In this document: one piece after another, positions 35,814-48,500 of the stretch | Numbering within the stretch: position 1 is the stretch's first letter | Layout of the letters: each line of letters begins with the position of its first letter | Assembly (NCBI GenBank): GCA_964016885.1 | Contig: OZ024741.1 | Span: 314,774,001 to 314,838,000 of the forward strand | Length of the DNA stretch: 64,000 nt | Direction of reading: 5' to 3' | DNA from: Eledone cirrhosa | Taxonomy: Eukaryota | Notes under the pieces: model-generated | The model's database searches: none | The model's input: only the letters and a program-made list of their open reading frames with translations | Told to the model about the DNA's origin: nothing | Made by a program: the position numbers and the translations under genes

Positions 35814-38800
35814 TTTTCTTTATTAACCACAAGGGTTTACATAAAGTAGGCATTAAGGACAGTACAGGACAATACAGGACGGTACAAATGGGCATTTCTG
35901 CGTGTAAAAAAAACAGAGGATGAAATAAAATAACAAAGAAATATTCCCCAATAGGGGGGAGACTTCCGAGGGACATTTGTGAAGAAAGCCCATTAAAAGA
36001 CCACAGTGGCCCTGACCACCAGGGCAAGTGCCCTCTCCCAGTTTTCCACCTTTAATTTACAGACACATACTCAGAGAAGGCCCATTCATTCGGGCCATAC
36101 TTGCTTCACTCACCCATCTTTCAACAAAATGCTGGGAAGAGAGCACTTCCCTCTCTACCCTGATTTTCCTTTTCAGATGAAATTTGAAAAAGTTAATCAG
36201 GGCATCACCGAAGAGGTAAGTGCCCGTCTTCAGCTCTTTCAAACGTGTCCACCATACTATCTCTTTCGCCATGGCCACAAGACAGATAAAAACTGCCTGC
36301 CCTTCCCGGCTAAAGGAAGAGGGCGGGGAAATCCTCACGATGGACTCAGCTGATAGCTGGATCCGTCCTACACGTGACAGCAGGTGTTCGACATAAACCC
36401 ACAAGTCAGCATTGCTCGGACACTGGACGAGTGCGTGCAGGACGGTTTCGTCGCCCTGTGCGCATCTCGGACATACCCGGCTGACGGCACCTCCATGCCT
36501 GTAAAGTTTATCCCGAACTGGCAAAGCACCCCGGTAGCACTGCCAGGCCAGGGATTTCTGGAAGTTGTCCATAGGCCCCGGCCCGAAAGTTCTTCCGAAG
36601 AGATTGGCTAGTTGATTTTCGTCGACGCCTAGAGTTTCTCCAAGTACGTCGTCACTCTTCCCCTCCACTAATCCCCTATAGAACGCCAAGGTGGAGTTTC
36701 CACCGATCACATTGCCCGATTGGTCGAGGGCTGTGAGCGCCTGAAGACATTCCAGTCTCCAAGCGCTCCCTCTCGGTCTTCGCTTGACCCAGGACTGCAG
36801 CTCCGTCAAGGAGACGAGCTGGGGAAAAACGTGTCTAGCAAACGGCGACCACACCTGATCACCGTCGAGGAAGAGGTGGAGATGTCGTAGCCTGAGCGCG
36901 TGTCTGCGCATCATCAGCCACGGCATGCCCAGCCCTCCACGTAGCGGGTGTTGACAGCAGATGGACCGCATGACCATCGGAGCGCGTCCCTTCCACAAAA
37001 AGCGAAAGAGCAAACGCTCCAGCGCAGTCAGGCGGGGCTTAGGACAAGGTACGATGGTCAGGCGTTAGTAGATGACGGACGCGATGTACGCGTTAGCCAC
37101 CTCCGCTCGACCTTTCAGGGATAGCTTCCTCTCGGCCCATTTCTGGGTGAGAGAAGCCACCCTGCTCGTCACCTCGTCCCAGTTTTTGTCCGTCTGGAGA
37201 TCTGGACCGAACCAGACCCCTAGCAATTTAACCGGTCCGTCTGTTCAGCGCCTGACGACGCTGTTGGACGGCATGGACCTGCCTCTCCAGGTGCCGAGCT
37301 GCAGGCCCACTGACTTTACCTGGTTGATCATTGCTCCTGTCACCGCTTCGTATTCTCTTAGTGTAGTGCCGATCGCCTCGATTTGTTTGGCGTTCGACAC
37401 CACTACGGTGACATCGTGGACATATGCTGACACGGATCTTCCGCATCCTAGTTCGCGCGGGATCCCCCTCAACGTCTCCAGTTTGTGCAGTAATGGCTCG
37501 AGAGTCAATACGTACAATATGGACGAGAAGGGACATCCTTGGCGGACCGAGGGCATCATGTTGAACGGTTCCGAAAGGTGACCGTTCACTCTCACTACAG
37601 AGCAGATGTTGCTGTGCATGGCAGCGATCCAGCCTCTGAAGACGGGCCCAAAGCCAGCCGCCCTCAGGACTGCCTCTAGGTAACGATGGTCGACCCTATC
37701 GAAGGCCTTCGACTGATCTAAATTGATCAAAGACCCACCCGTGCCAGGTTCCCTAGCTACCCTCTCTACGATGTATCGCATGAGGTGGAGGTTGTCGTGG
37801 ATGGATCTGTCGGGAATGGCGCATGTCTGTGCCTCTCCCACCAGACCACCAACGACAAGCGCCAACCTCTTTGCTAGCACCTTGGCCAAAATCTTGAACT
37901 CTGTGTTTAGCAGTGTTATGGGCCTAAAATTATCTATGTTATCCCCCTTGTTCGGATCCTTTCTCAGCAGCGCCACCGCTCCTCGGCTCACAGAGCTGGG
38001 AATTCTCCCGTTCTGTTGCCAGTTGCAGTAGACGTCCGCCAAGAGGCCTCCGAACAAGTTTGGCATTTGTACGTAAAGTTCATAGGGCAGACCATCCAAA
38101 CCAGGCGATTTACCCCTTGTGCAACTAGTCATTGCATCCCGTACTTCAGCGGTTGTTATCGGCTTTTCGCAACACTCCGCCTCAGTGGCCGAAAGCCGCG
38201 GCAGTCCGTCGAGGTAGACACTAAAGTCCATCCCTCGATCCGGCCCGCCACTGCCCCCGAACAGTTGAGCGAAGTGTCGCTGAAAAGCTTCACACAGTTG
38301 CCCAGGATCGAGTAGCATGCGCCCGTCGTGGTCCACCAAAGACCGGATCGTGGCTTTGTTGCCACGACGCGCCTCCGCCACTCGGGCCCATTGAACGGCT
38401 TTCGTCCCCTCGTGTCTGAGAGCACGCACCATAGCTCTGACAACGCAGCCTTCGTGCTTTGCATTGAAGAATTGGTCAAGGGCCAATTTCGCCGCAAGTA
38501 CGTCGGTTGCGATGCCTTTGCTAAGCGCCTCATCTAATTTTCTAACTAATTCTCCCTCTGCTCTATTTTTCTCTATTGCTAAAGTCTTACTAAACCTAAT
38601 GGACTCTATTCCAATTGCTCTTTTCAGAGCAAACCACCACTTGTTGTTGACGATGGCCCCCGTCAACGCCCGCTTAACTAGTTCGCTAATCCGGTCTCTG
38701 TAGGCCTTGCGCGCTGGTAAGGACGCGTTTAGCTTCCAGTAGCCGGGTCCTTGTCTATGAAGCCTATCTAAGTCAAGCACACAGATCACGAATTTGTGGT

Positions 38801-41696
38801 CCGTGTAGCTGACTATCTTGAATTGTGCACAGCCTATGCTAGACCTATCTATTTCCCTACAAAATACTCTATCTAGATATGATCTGGATGACCCTATGCG
38901 ATTTGTCCAAGTCCACATTGGTACATTCGGGAAATCCATTCGGTACCTGTCAGACAGTTCAAAACGTCTGAGCAGGTTGGTGAGACTCTTGCACCCTCCT
39001 TCCCTATCCACTAATCCCACACAATCCCAGCGTGCATCTAAGATCCCGTTCCAGTCGCCCACTAACACTAAAGAGCGGGACGTTCCAAGAAAGGTCTCCA
39101 GACGCCGGAAGAAATCAGGCCGCCCTGCTCCTGTCGGGGCATAGACGGCCACTAACCTGAAAGCTTGGCCGTCTCCGCTGGTCACGTCCAGCACCACCAA
39201 CTTACCTTCTGGGTCCAGGAAGATGGCCCGTATGGCAAGATCCAAACCTCTCCGAAAAAGCACAGCAACTCCTCCCCCCGATCCCGGACGGCTGGGAGAT
39301 GCGTACACATCGTAGACGCCGAAGATCGGTGCGAAAGCCTGTGCTTCGGAGATTCTGGTCTCGCTGATGGCCACTACATCTATGTTTAGTGACCTGAGGT
39401 CGTTGAGCACGTGGCCCTGCTTCCATGACGACCCCAAGCCACGCGCATTTATGCTGCCTATTCTGAGTGAGGTCATGTTGAAAAGGAGTGGAAAAGATGG
39501 GAAAGACAACTTACCTTACTTCTCGTAGGGGAAGGACGGTTTTTCCATCCTTTTCACTGCTTGTGGCCTCCTCAGGAAGGATGTCCTTATAAATCCTCCT
39601 GGAGAGTGCTTGTCGGAAGTCTCCGATGTCTTTGGGGAATTTTTGTTTTAGTGTCATGTACGTTTTCTGTGTGATGCGAGTGATTTGTATGTGTGGAGGT
39701 GGTGTGAATTTTGGGGTTGTTGTGTAGTCTTTTTCTGTGATGCTGGTGTTGTGTTGGATGTAGTGCAATAATTGCTTGTTGTTCAAATTTAATGATGTGT
39801 AGTGTGTATCGTTTTGGTTGTTTTGTTTTGTTTTGTTTGCGTTTGTTGTGGGTTTGTTTCTGTTTCGTATTTTGGTGACTTTTGTGGTGTAGGTGATGGT
39901 GGTGTTGGGATTAATCAAGGTGATGGTGTTGGTGTTTGGGTTGATGAGGTTGGTGATGCTGGTGTGGATGGTGGCATATCTGTCCTAACTTTTTTGTTTC
40001 TTAGTTTATTTGTTTCCCTCTGTATTTTGTTTTTGGAGGGGGAAGGAAGAGAATTTTTTCTTCTTTTTTGGTTTCTTTTTTTTTTTCCGGATATCGTTTC
40101 CCACTCCTCGTCGTCACAATCTGTCTCCAGTTGTGATAGGCCGGGGAGTGGAAAATCCTACACAGCAGTTAGTTTTGGTTGTGGTGTGGTGGATGGTGTA
40201 GGCGCTGGTGCTAGTTCTGAAGCGTTGGGTGGTGGTGGTGTTGGTTTTGCTGGTGGTGGTAGTGGTGTTGGTTTTGCTACTGTTGCTGGGGTTGTTGCTG
40301 TTATAGTTGCTTCTGTTGTTGCTGCTACAGTTGTTGCTGGCATCTCTGCTACTGGTGGTGTTGATGGTTGTGTCACTGGGGTGGGTAGGAGAGGTGGCCT
40401 CAACCTTTTAGCCTGAGGGCAGAAAGCCCTTAGGTGGGTTCCTTCACCACAAACGACACACCTAGGTCTTCTGCCCTCGACAATTACCGTGAGGTGGCTG
40501 CCGTCAGTGAGGTCTATTACCTCTGGGATCTCCTCAATGCTTTTTTGGTCCGCTTGGATCAGGAGCTCCATCCCAGATCTGGACCAGTTTTCCTGCTTTT
40601 CTTTTGCTATTGTTATTATTTTCGTGTTGGCCTCGATGCCGGCGATGACAGCCGCTATTAGCCAGGGAATTTCGATGGCCGGTGGAACGTGGGTCACCCT
40701 GATCTTTACGAGTCTCTGGCCACAATAGCTTGGGAGGAGTGTGAAGTCGTCACTTTTTAATGGGGCCATGGAGTGTTCTCTAGCCTCCTCTGGTGTTTCA
40801 AAGAACACATCCACGGTTCCATACTTTTGCCCACGTCTGATGTGGGTTTTTCTTGCCCACACATGTCCCAAAGCTTTTTGGATTTGGGACTCGGATGCCC
40901 GTTCCACTCGGCGCGATTTTACATTTATTGTTCTATACGACACGGTGCACAGGCGCCGATGCTCCATTTTATTAGGTGGGGGGTGGGGGGGGGGCTGACC
41001 CTGTACCCATCTTTCTTTACCATTTGTTTGGCATTTTCTAAATCTTCTTGAGTTACCGTGAACGCTTCGAATTGTTTTGCTACGATGGCGAAACTGAGGG
41101 TCGGTTTTATAATGTCATTGTTGTTGTTGTTGCTATCGTTAATATTAATTTTATTTTCAGTTGTGGTGGTGGTGACGTCAGTCGTCTTTGGTGGGGAAGA
41201 GTCTATTTTGCTTGATTTCATTTCGACGTCACGAGTTAATTTATTTTTTTCTTCTTTTGTTTCTGTTGTCGCGGTGGTGGTGGTGGTGGTGGTGGAGGGT
41301 TTAACACCTGCAGTCATTGGTAATGGCGGGAAATGAATGTCTGCCTGAGACAAATTTAAAATATTGCTACTGCTTATATTTTTTTTGTGTTGGCAAACGT
41401 AGTAACATTTACAATGGTGGTGTCGGTGTGAGGTGTTATTTTGTGAGGAAGGCTTTCAGCTGCTTCGTGCAGAGGTGAAGTAGCCATTTTTTTTCAAAGA
41501 AATTTTTTGATAATAATAAAAGTTAAAATTTTGGGCACAAGGCCCCAATCTTTTTAGGTGTCCTTTTCGGAAAACAATGTATGTGTGCTTATAAACAGTT
41601 AACAATAAAATTTTCCATAAATGGCAATTTTTAAACAAACGGAAATAACAAACCTTTGCGGAGCTCATGATAATACGATTTCCTACGTAGGTCGCC
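35813..41696 (-). mobile_element. Full-length Tx1 family 1b, copy 1 (ORF2 39476-36057 with a frameshift and a stop; ORF1 disrupted)
   Basis: ORF2 close to 19504-22920; different ORF1 with CVVCGEGTHLRAFC. Confidence 0.95.

Positions 41697-41726
<30 letters not shown>
41697..41726. repeat. (AAT)n spacer
   Basis: Direct reading. Confidence 0.98.
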
Positions 41727-41728
<2 letters not shown>

Positions 41729-44700
41729 TTTCATTTATTAGCCACCAGGGCCGACATGTAGGGGACAATACAAAGACAGGGACAGTGGGGGTTTACAATA
41801 AGGTGGAGTAAATGCACACAATGGCAAGTCTAATTTAACAATGAAATTATAAAAATATAAAATAAACTATGCATAAATATAACAAAATAAATTCCCCGAT
41901 AGGGGGTGTAGGACCCTGGGGTGCTTCAGGTACCCCACCAATGCTGAACCACCCTGCGCTTCTAGGGCACCCAGGGAGAGCACCCCTCTCCTCAAGTTAG
42001 TCAGCCTATAGGCGCATTGTCAGAGTAGGCCCATTCACACGGGCCATTCTCGCCACATTCATCCACTTTTTAGCAATGTGCTGGGGGCAGCACTTCTCTC
42101 TCCACCCTCACCTTCCTTTCCAGGTGAAACTTGAAGAAGTTGATGAGGGATTGGCCGAAGAGAAAAGTGTCTGTCTTTAGTCCTTTCAACCTGGTCCACC
42201 ATATAATCTCTTTGGCAACTGCCACCAGACAGAGGAAAATTTCCTGCTCTTCCTGACCTAAGGAAGGCGGTGGATCGATCCTCACTGTGGACTCGGCTGA
42301 TAGCCAGATTCGTTCCACACGCGACAGTAGCTGTTCGACATAACTCCACAAGTCAGTAATGCACGGACATTGGACAAGTGCGTGCAGAACGGTTTCGTCG
42401 TTCTGTGCGCATCTTGGGCAGGTCCGTGTGACAGCACTTCCGTGCCTGTAGAGTTTATCCTGAACCGGCAGTGCCCCCCGGTAGCACTGCCAAGCGAGGG
42501 ATATCTGGAAATTGTCCATTGTCCCCGGCTCAAAAGTCCTCCGGCACAGATTGGTCAGTTCGACTTCGTCGAGGCCCAAAGCTTCTCCGAGTGCGTCGTC
42601 GCACTTGCCCACCACTGATCCTCTATAGAATTCGAGAGTGGAAGTTCCACTGATCACATTGCCCGCTTAATAGAGGGCAGTGCGTGCCTGGCAACATTCC
42701 AGGTGCCAGTCACCCAGTCTCGGTCTCTTCTTGACCCAGGACTGCAGCTCAGTCAAAGAAATGAGCTGCGGAAAGGCCCGTCTGATAAACGGCGACCACA
42801 CCTGTTCACCGTTGAGGCAGAATATCTGGAGATGTTGCAGCCTCAACGCATGTCTGCGCATCATTAGCCATAGCATGCCCAGCCCTCCGCGTAGAGGGTG
42901 CTGGCAGCAGATGGACCGCCTCACCAACGGAACTTGTCCCCTCCACAAGAATTTGAAGAGGAGCCGTTCCAGCTTGCAGAGGCGCGGACGGAAGAAAGGA
43001 ACGACGGTCAGGCGGTAGTAGATGATGGACGCGATGTACGCATTCGCCACCTCCGCGCTACATTTCAGTGATAGCTTCCTCCCAGCCCATTTTTGGGTGA
43101 GACTGGCTACTCTGCTCGTTACCTCGTCCCAATTCTTTTCCACCTGGAGGTCTGATCCGAACCAAACCCCGAGCAACTTTACCTGGTCCGCCCGTCCAGC
43201 GCCCCACGACGCTGTTGGACGGCATGGGCTTGCCTCTCCAGGTTCCGAGCTGCAAGCCCACCGACTTTTCCGGGTTAAGTTTGGCCCCTGTCAACCTTTC
43301 ATATTCCTTCAATAAGGTGCCGACCACCTCGATTTCTGAGGTGTTCGACACCATCACGGTGATGTCGTCCGCATAAGCCTACACCGCCTTTCCACGTCCC
43401 GGTTCGAACGGGATGCCCTGCAACAGCTCCAGCTTCCGCAGTAAAGGCTCGAGAGTCAATACGTACAGAAGGGAAGAGAGAGGGCACACTTGACGGACCA
43501 ATCGGGAGAGCCGAAATGATTCTGAGAGGTGGCAATTAACCTTGACCACCGAGCATGTGTCGCTGTGCATTGCAACGATCCAGCATCTAAAGACAGGGCC
43601 GAAGCCAGCTGCTTTGAGGACAAACTCCAGATACCGATGGTCGACCCTATCGAATTCTTTCGATTGATCTAAATGGATCAGTTCCCCACCGAAGGCAGGT
43701 TTACACCCTACCCTCTCTATGATGTATCGCATGAGGTGGAGATTGTCGTGTATGGACCTGGCTGGGATTGCGCAAGTTTGCGCCTCCCCAACCAAATCCT
43801 CCAGGACAAGCGCCAATTTCTTTGCTAACACCTTGGCCAAAATCTTAAACTCTGAGTTGAGCAGAGTTATGGTCCTGAAGTTGTCTGATGTATCCCTCTT
43901 GTTCTCATCTTTCCTTATCAGCGTCACCACTCCCCTGCTCACAGAACTGGGAATACTCCCATTCTGCTGCCAGTTGCGGTAGAGTGCTTCGAGGAGTTCG
44001 GAGAACAAGTCTGCCATATTTACGTAAAGCTCGTAGGGCAGAACATCCAAACCGGGTGACTTGCGCCTCATGCAGCCGACAAGGGCGTCCTGAATTTCGG
44101 CTGAAGTAATCGACCTTTCGCAGAGCTCAGTTTCGACCGTCGAGATGCGCGGAAAGCCGTCAAGGTAGGGACTGAAATCCACCACTCTCTCTGACTCGCC
44201 ACTCTCTCTCTGAACAACCGAGCAAAGTGCTGGCGAAAGGCCTCACACGTCCGCTTGGAATCGCTTATCTCGTGTCCGTCTCGGTCCGCAAACGACCGAA
44301 TTGTGGTTTTATTACCACGCTGCGCCTCCGCCACGCGGGCCCATCGAACACTTTTAGTTCCCTCGTTTCTCAGCGCACGCGCCTTAGCTCTGACAATGCA
44401 ACCTTCGTGTTTGGCATTGAAGAAATGGTCTAATGCTATTCTCGCCGCTAGCACGTCAGTTGCGATGCCACTACAAAAAGCCTCGTCTAACTTATCTACC
44501 ATCTCCCCCTTCTTTCTATTTTTCTCTAACGCTAGTTCTTTGCTGAACTCTATCGAAGTTACTCTAATCTCTCTTTTGAGAGCCACCCACCATCTGTTGT
44601 TGATGATCCCCCCCTGTCAACTTTTGCTTAACTAAATTGTTGACTCGGCCCCTGTAAGCCTTACGTGCCGGAAATGACATGTTCAGCTTCCAGTAACCCG

Positions 44701-45475
44701 GACCTAACCTACGCGTTTTATTTAGGTCGACCGTACAGATCACAAATTTGTGATCTGAATAGGCGACCGTTTTAAAAAGTGGACAGCCCACACTATTTCT
44801 ATTTATTTTCCTAATGAAGATCCTATCTATATATGATCTAGATGACCCCATTCGGTTGGTCCATGTCCATACTGGCACATTGGGGAAATCTAGTCGATAC
44901 CTGTCAGACAGTTGGAACTGGCTGAGTAGGTGCTTGAGGCTTTTGCACCCCCCGCTCATATCGGCTACTCCCACGCAATCCCAGCGTCCGTCTAAGATGC
45001 CATTCCGTTCCAGTCCCCCGCTAACAGTAAAGGGCGAGACGTACCCAGAAAGGTCTCCAGGCGCCTAAAGAAGTCAGGTCGACCGGACCCTGTAGGGGCG
45101 TAGACGGCTAGCAGTCTAAAGGCACCACCTTCGCTACTGCTCACACCCAAGACCACCAACTTACCGTCCGGGTCCCGGAAGATCGACCTTACCTCGAGAA
45201 CCAGTCCTTTCCTAAACAGCACTGCCACCCCACCCCCCATTCCCGGCCTGCTAACAGATGCGAAGATCTGATAGTCGTCGAAAACGGAGGCTAGTGCGCG
45301 CGTGTCGGAAATTCTGGTCTCGCTTACGACAAGCACATCCATTTCCAGCGACCGGAAGTCGTTGAGCAGGCGACCCTGCTTCCAGGGTGACCCCAGGCCG
45401 CGAACATTTAAACTTCCTACTCTTAATATGGCCATATTGGTAAGCTAAGAGGGAAAGAGGCAAGGTTTACTTACC
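41727..45475 (-). mobile_element. Tx1 family 2, 5'-truncated at the ORF1 stop (ORF2 pseudogene 45435-42006)
   Basis: MAILRVGSLNVRG start; fragmented APE, RT and zinc finger. Confidence 0.94.
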
Positions 45476-45525
<50 letters not shown>

Positions 45526-45530
45526 TTAAT
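45476..45530. repeat. (TAA)n spacer
   Basis: Direct reading. Confidence 0.98.
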
Positions 45531-48500
45531 GATTTCTTTATTAACCACAAGGGTTTACATAAAGTAGACATTAAGGACAGTACAGGACAATACAGGACGG
45601 TACAAATGGGCATTTCTGCGTGTAAAAAACAAAAACAGAGGATGTAACAAAAATAACAATGAAAAATTCCCCAATAGGGGGGAGACTTCGGAGAGACATT
45701 TGTGGAGAAAGCTCAGTAAAAGGCCACAATGACCGTGACCACCAAGGCAAGTGCCCTCTCCCAGTTTTCCACCTTTAATTTACAGATATATACTCAGAGT
45801 AGGCCCATTCACTCGGGCCATTCTTGCTTCTCTCACCCATCTTTCAACAAAATGCTGGGAAGAGAGCACTTCCTTCTCTACTCTGATTTTCCTTTTCATA
45901 TGAAATTTGAAAAAGTCAATCAGAGCATCGCCGAAGAGGTAAGTGCTCGTCTTCAGCCCTTTCAAACGTGTCCACCATACTATCTCTTTCGCCATGGCCA
46001 CCAGACAGAGAAAAACTGCCTGCCCTTCCCGGCTAAAGGAGGAGGGCGGGGAAATCCTCACGATGGTCTCAGATGATAGCCGGATCCGTCCTACACGTGA
46101 CAGCAGGTGTTCGACATAAACCCACAAGTCAGCAATTTTAGGACACTGGAAGAGTGCGTGCAAGACGGTTTCGTCGCCCTGCGGTTTCGTCGTCCATAGG
46201 CCCTGGCCCGAAAGTTCTTCCGAAGAGATTGGCTAGTTGATTTTCGTCGACGCCTAGAGTTTCCCCAAGTACGTCGTCGCTCTTCCCCTCCCCTAATCCT
46301 CTATAGAACTCCGAGGTGGAGTTTCCACCGATCACATTGCCCGAACCCTGTGAGCGCCTGAAGACATTCCAGTCTCCACGCGCTCCCTCTCGGTCTTCGC
46401 TTGACCCAGGACTGCAGCTCCGTCAAGGAAACGAGCTGGGGAAATACGTGTCTAGCAAACGGTGACCACACCTGATCACCGTCGAGGAAGAGGTGGAGAT
46501 GTCGTAGCATGAGCGCGTGCCTGTGCATCATCAACCACGGCATGCCCAGCCCTCCACGTAGCGGGTGTTGACAACAGATGGACCGCCTGACCATTGGAGC
46601 GCGTCCCTTCCACAAAAAGCGAAAGAGCAAACGCTCCAGCGCAGTCAGGCGGGACTTAGGACAAGGTACGACGGTCAGGCGGTAGTAGATGACAGACGCG
46701 ATGTACGCGTTAGCCACCTCCGCTCGACCTTTCAGGGATAGCTTCCTCTCGGCACATTTCTGGGTGAGAGAAGCCACCCTGCTCGTCACCTCATCCTAGT
46801 TTTTGTCCGTCTGGAGGTCCGGACCGAACCAGACCCCTAGCAATTTAACCGGTCCGTCCGTCCAGCGTCAGACGACGCTGTTGGACGGCATGGACGTGCC
46901 TCTCCAGTTGCCGAGCTGCAGGCCCACTGACTTTTCCTGGTTGATCATTGCTCCTGTCACCGCTTCGTATTCTCTTAGTGTAGTGCCGATCGCCTCGATG
47001 TGTTTGGCGTTCGACACCACTACGGTGACATCGTCGGCATATGCTGACACGGATCTTCCGCATCCTAGTTCGCGCGGGACCCCCCTCAACGTCTCCAGTT
47101 TGTGCAGTAATGGCTCGAGAGTCAATACGTACAAGAGAGACGAGAGGGGACATCCTTGGCGGACCGAGCGCATGATGTTGAACGGTTCGGACAGGTGACC
47201 GTTCACTCTCACCACAGAGCAGGTGTCGCTGTGCATGGCAGCGATCCAGCCTCTGAAGACGGGCCCAAAGCCAGCCGCCCTCAGGAATGCCGCTAGGAAA
47301 CGATGGTCGACCCTATCGAAAGCTTTCGACTGATCTAAATTGATCAAGGACCCACCCGTGCCAGGTTCCCTAGCTACCCTCTCTACGATGTATCGCATGA
47401 GGTGGAGGTTGTCGTGGATGGATCTGTCGGGAATGGCGCATGTCTGCGCCTCTCCCACCAGACCACCAACGACAAGCGCCAACCTCTTTGCTAGCACCTT
47501 GGCCAAAATCTTGAACTCTGAGTTTAGCAGAGTTATGGGCCGGAAATTATCTATGTTATCCCCCTTCTTTGGATCCTTTCTCAGCAGTGCCACCGCTCCT
47601 CGGTTCACAGAACTGGGAATGCTCCCGTTCTGTTACCAGTTGCAGTAGACGTCCGCCAAGAGGCCTCCGAACAAGTCTGGCATCTGTACGTAAAGTTCAT
47701 AGGGCAGACCAGCCAAACCAGGCGATTTACCCCTTGTGCAGCCAGTCATTGCCTCCCTGACTTCAGCGGCTGTTATCGGCTTTTCGCAACACTTCGCCTC
47801 AGTGGCCGAGAGCCGCGGCAGTCCGTCGAGGTAGACACTAAAGTCCATCCTTCGACCCGGCCCACCGCTGCCCCCGAACAGTTGAGCGAAGTGTCGCTGA
47901 AAAGCTTCACACATTTTCCCGGGATCGAGTAGCATGCGCCCGTCGTGGTCCACCAAAGACCGGATCGTGGCTTTGTTCCCACGACGCGCCTCCGCCACAT
48001 TGAACGGCCTTCGTCCCCTCGTGTCTGAGAGCACGCACCCTAGCTCTGACAACGCAGCCTTCGTGCTTTGCATTGAAGATTTGGTCAAGGGCCAATTTCG
48101 CCGCAAGTACGTCGGTCGCGATGCCTTTGCTAAGGGCCTCGTTTAATTTTCTAACTAATTCTCCCTCTGCTCTATTTTTCTCTATTTCTAAAGCCTTACT
48201 AAACCTAATGGACTCTATTCTAATTGCTCTTTTCAGAGCCAACCACCACTTGTTGTTGACGATGGCCCCCGTCAACGCCCGCTTAACTAGTTCGCTAATC
48301 CGGTCTCTGTAGGCCTTCCGCGCTGGTAAGGACGCGTTTAGCTTCCAGTAGCCGGGTCCTCGTCTATGAAGCCTATCTAAGTCAAGCACACAGATCACGA
48401 ATTTGTGGTCCGTGTAGCTGACTATCTTGAATTGTGCACAGCCTATGCTAGACCTATCTATTTCCCTACAAATTACTCTATCTAGATATGATCTGGATGA

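Noticed and set aside
45445-45474. 30 nt GT-AG micro-intron fusing ORF1 to ORF2
   Set aside because: Very short for a metazoan intron, removal would not give an in-frame fusion, and family 1 lacks the AG.
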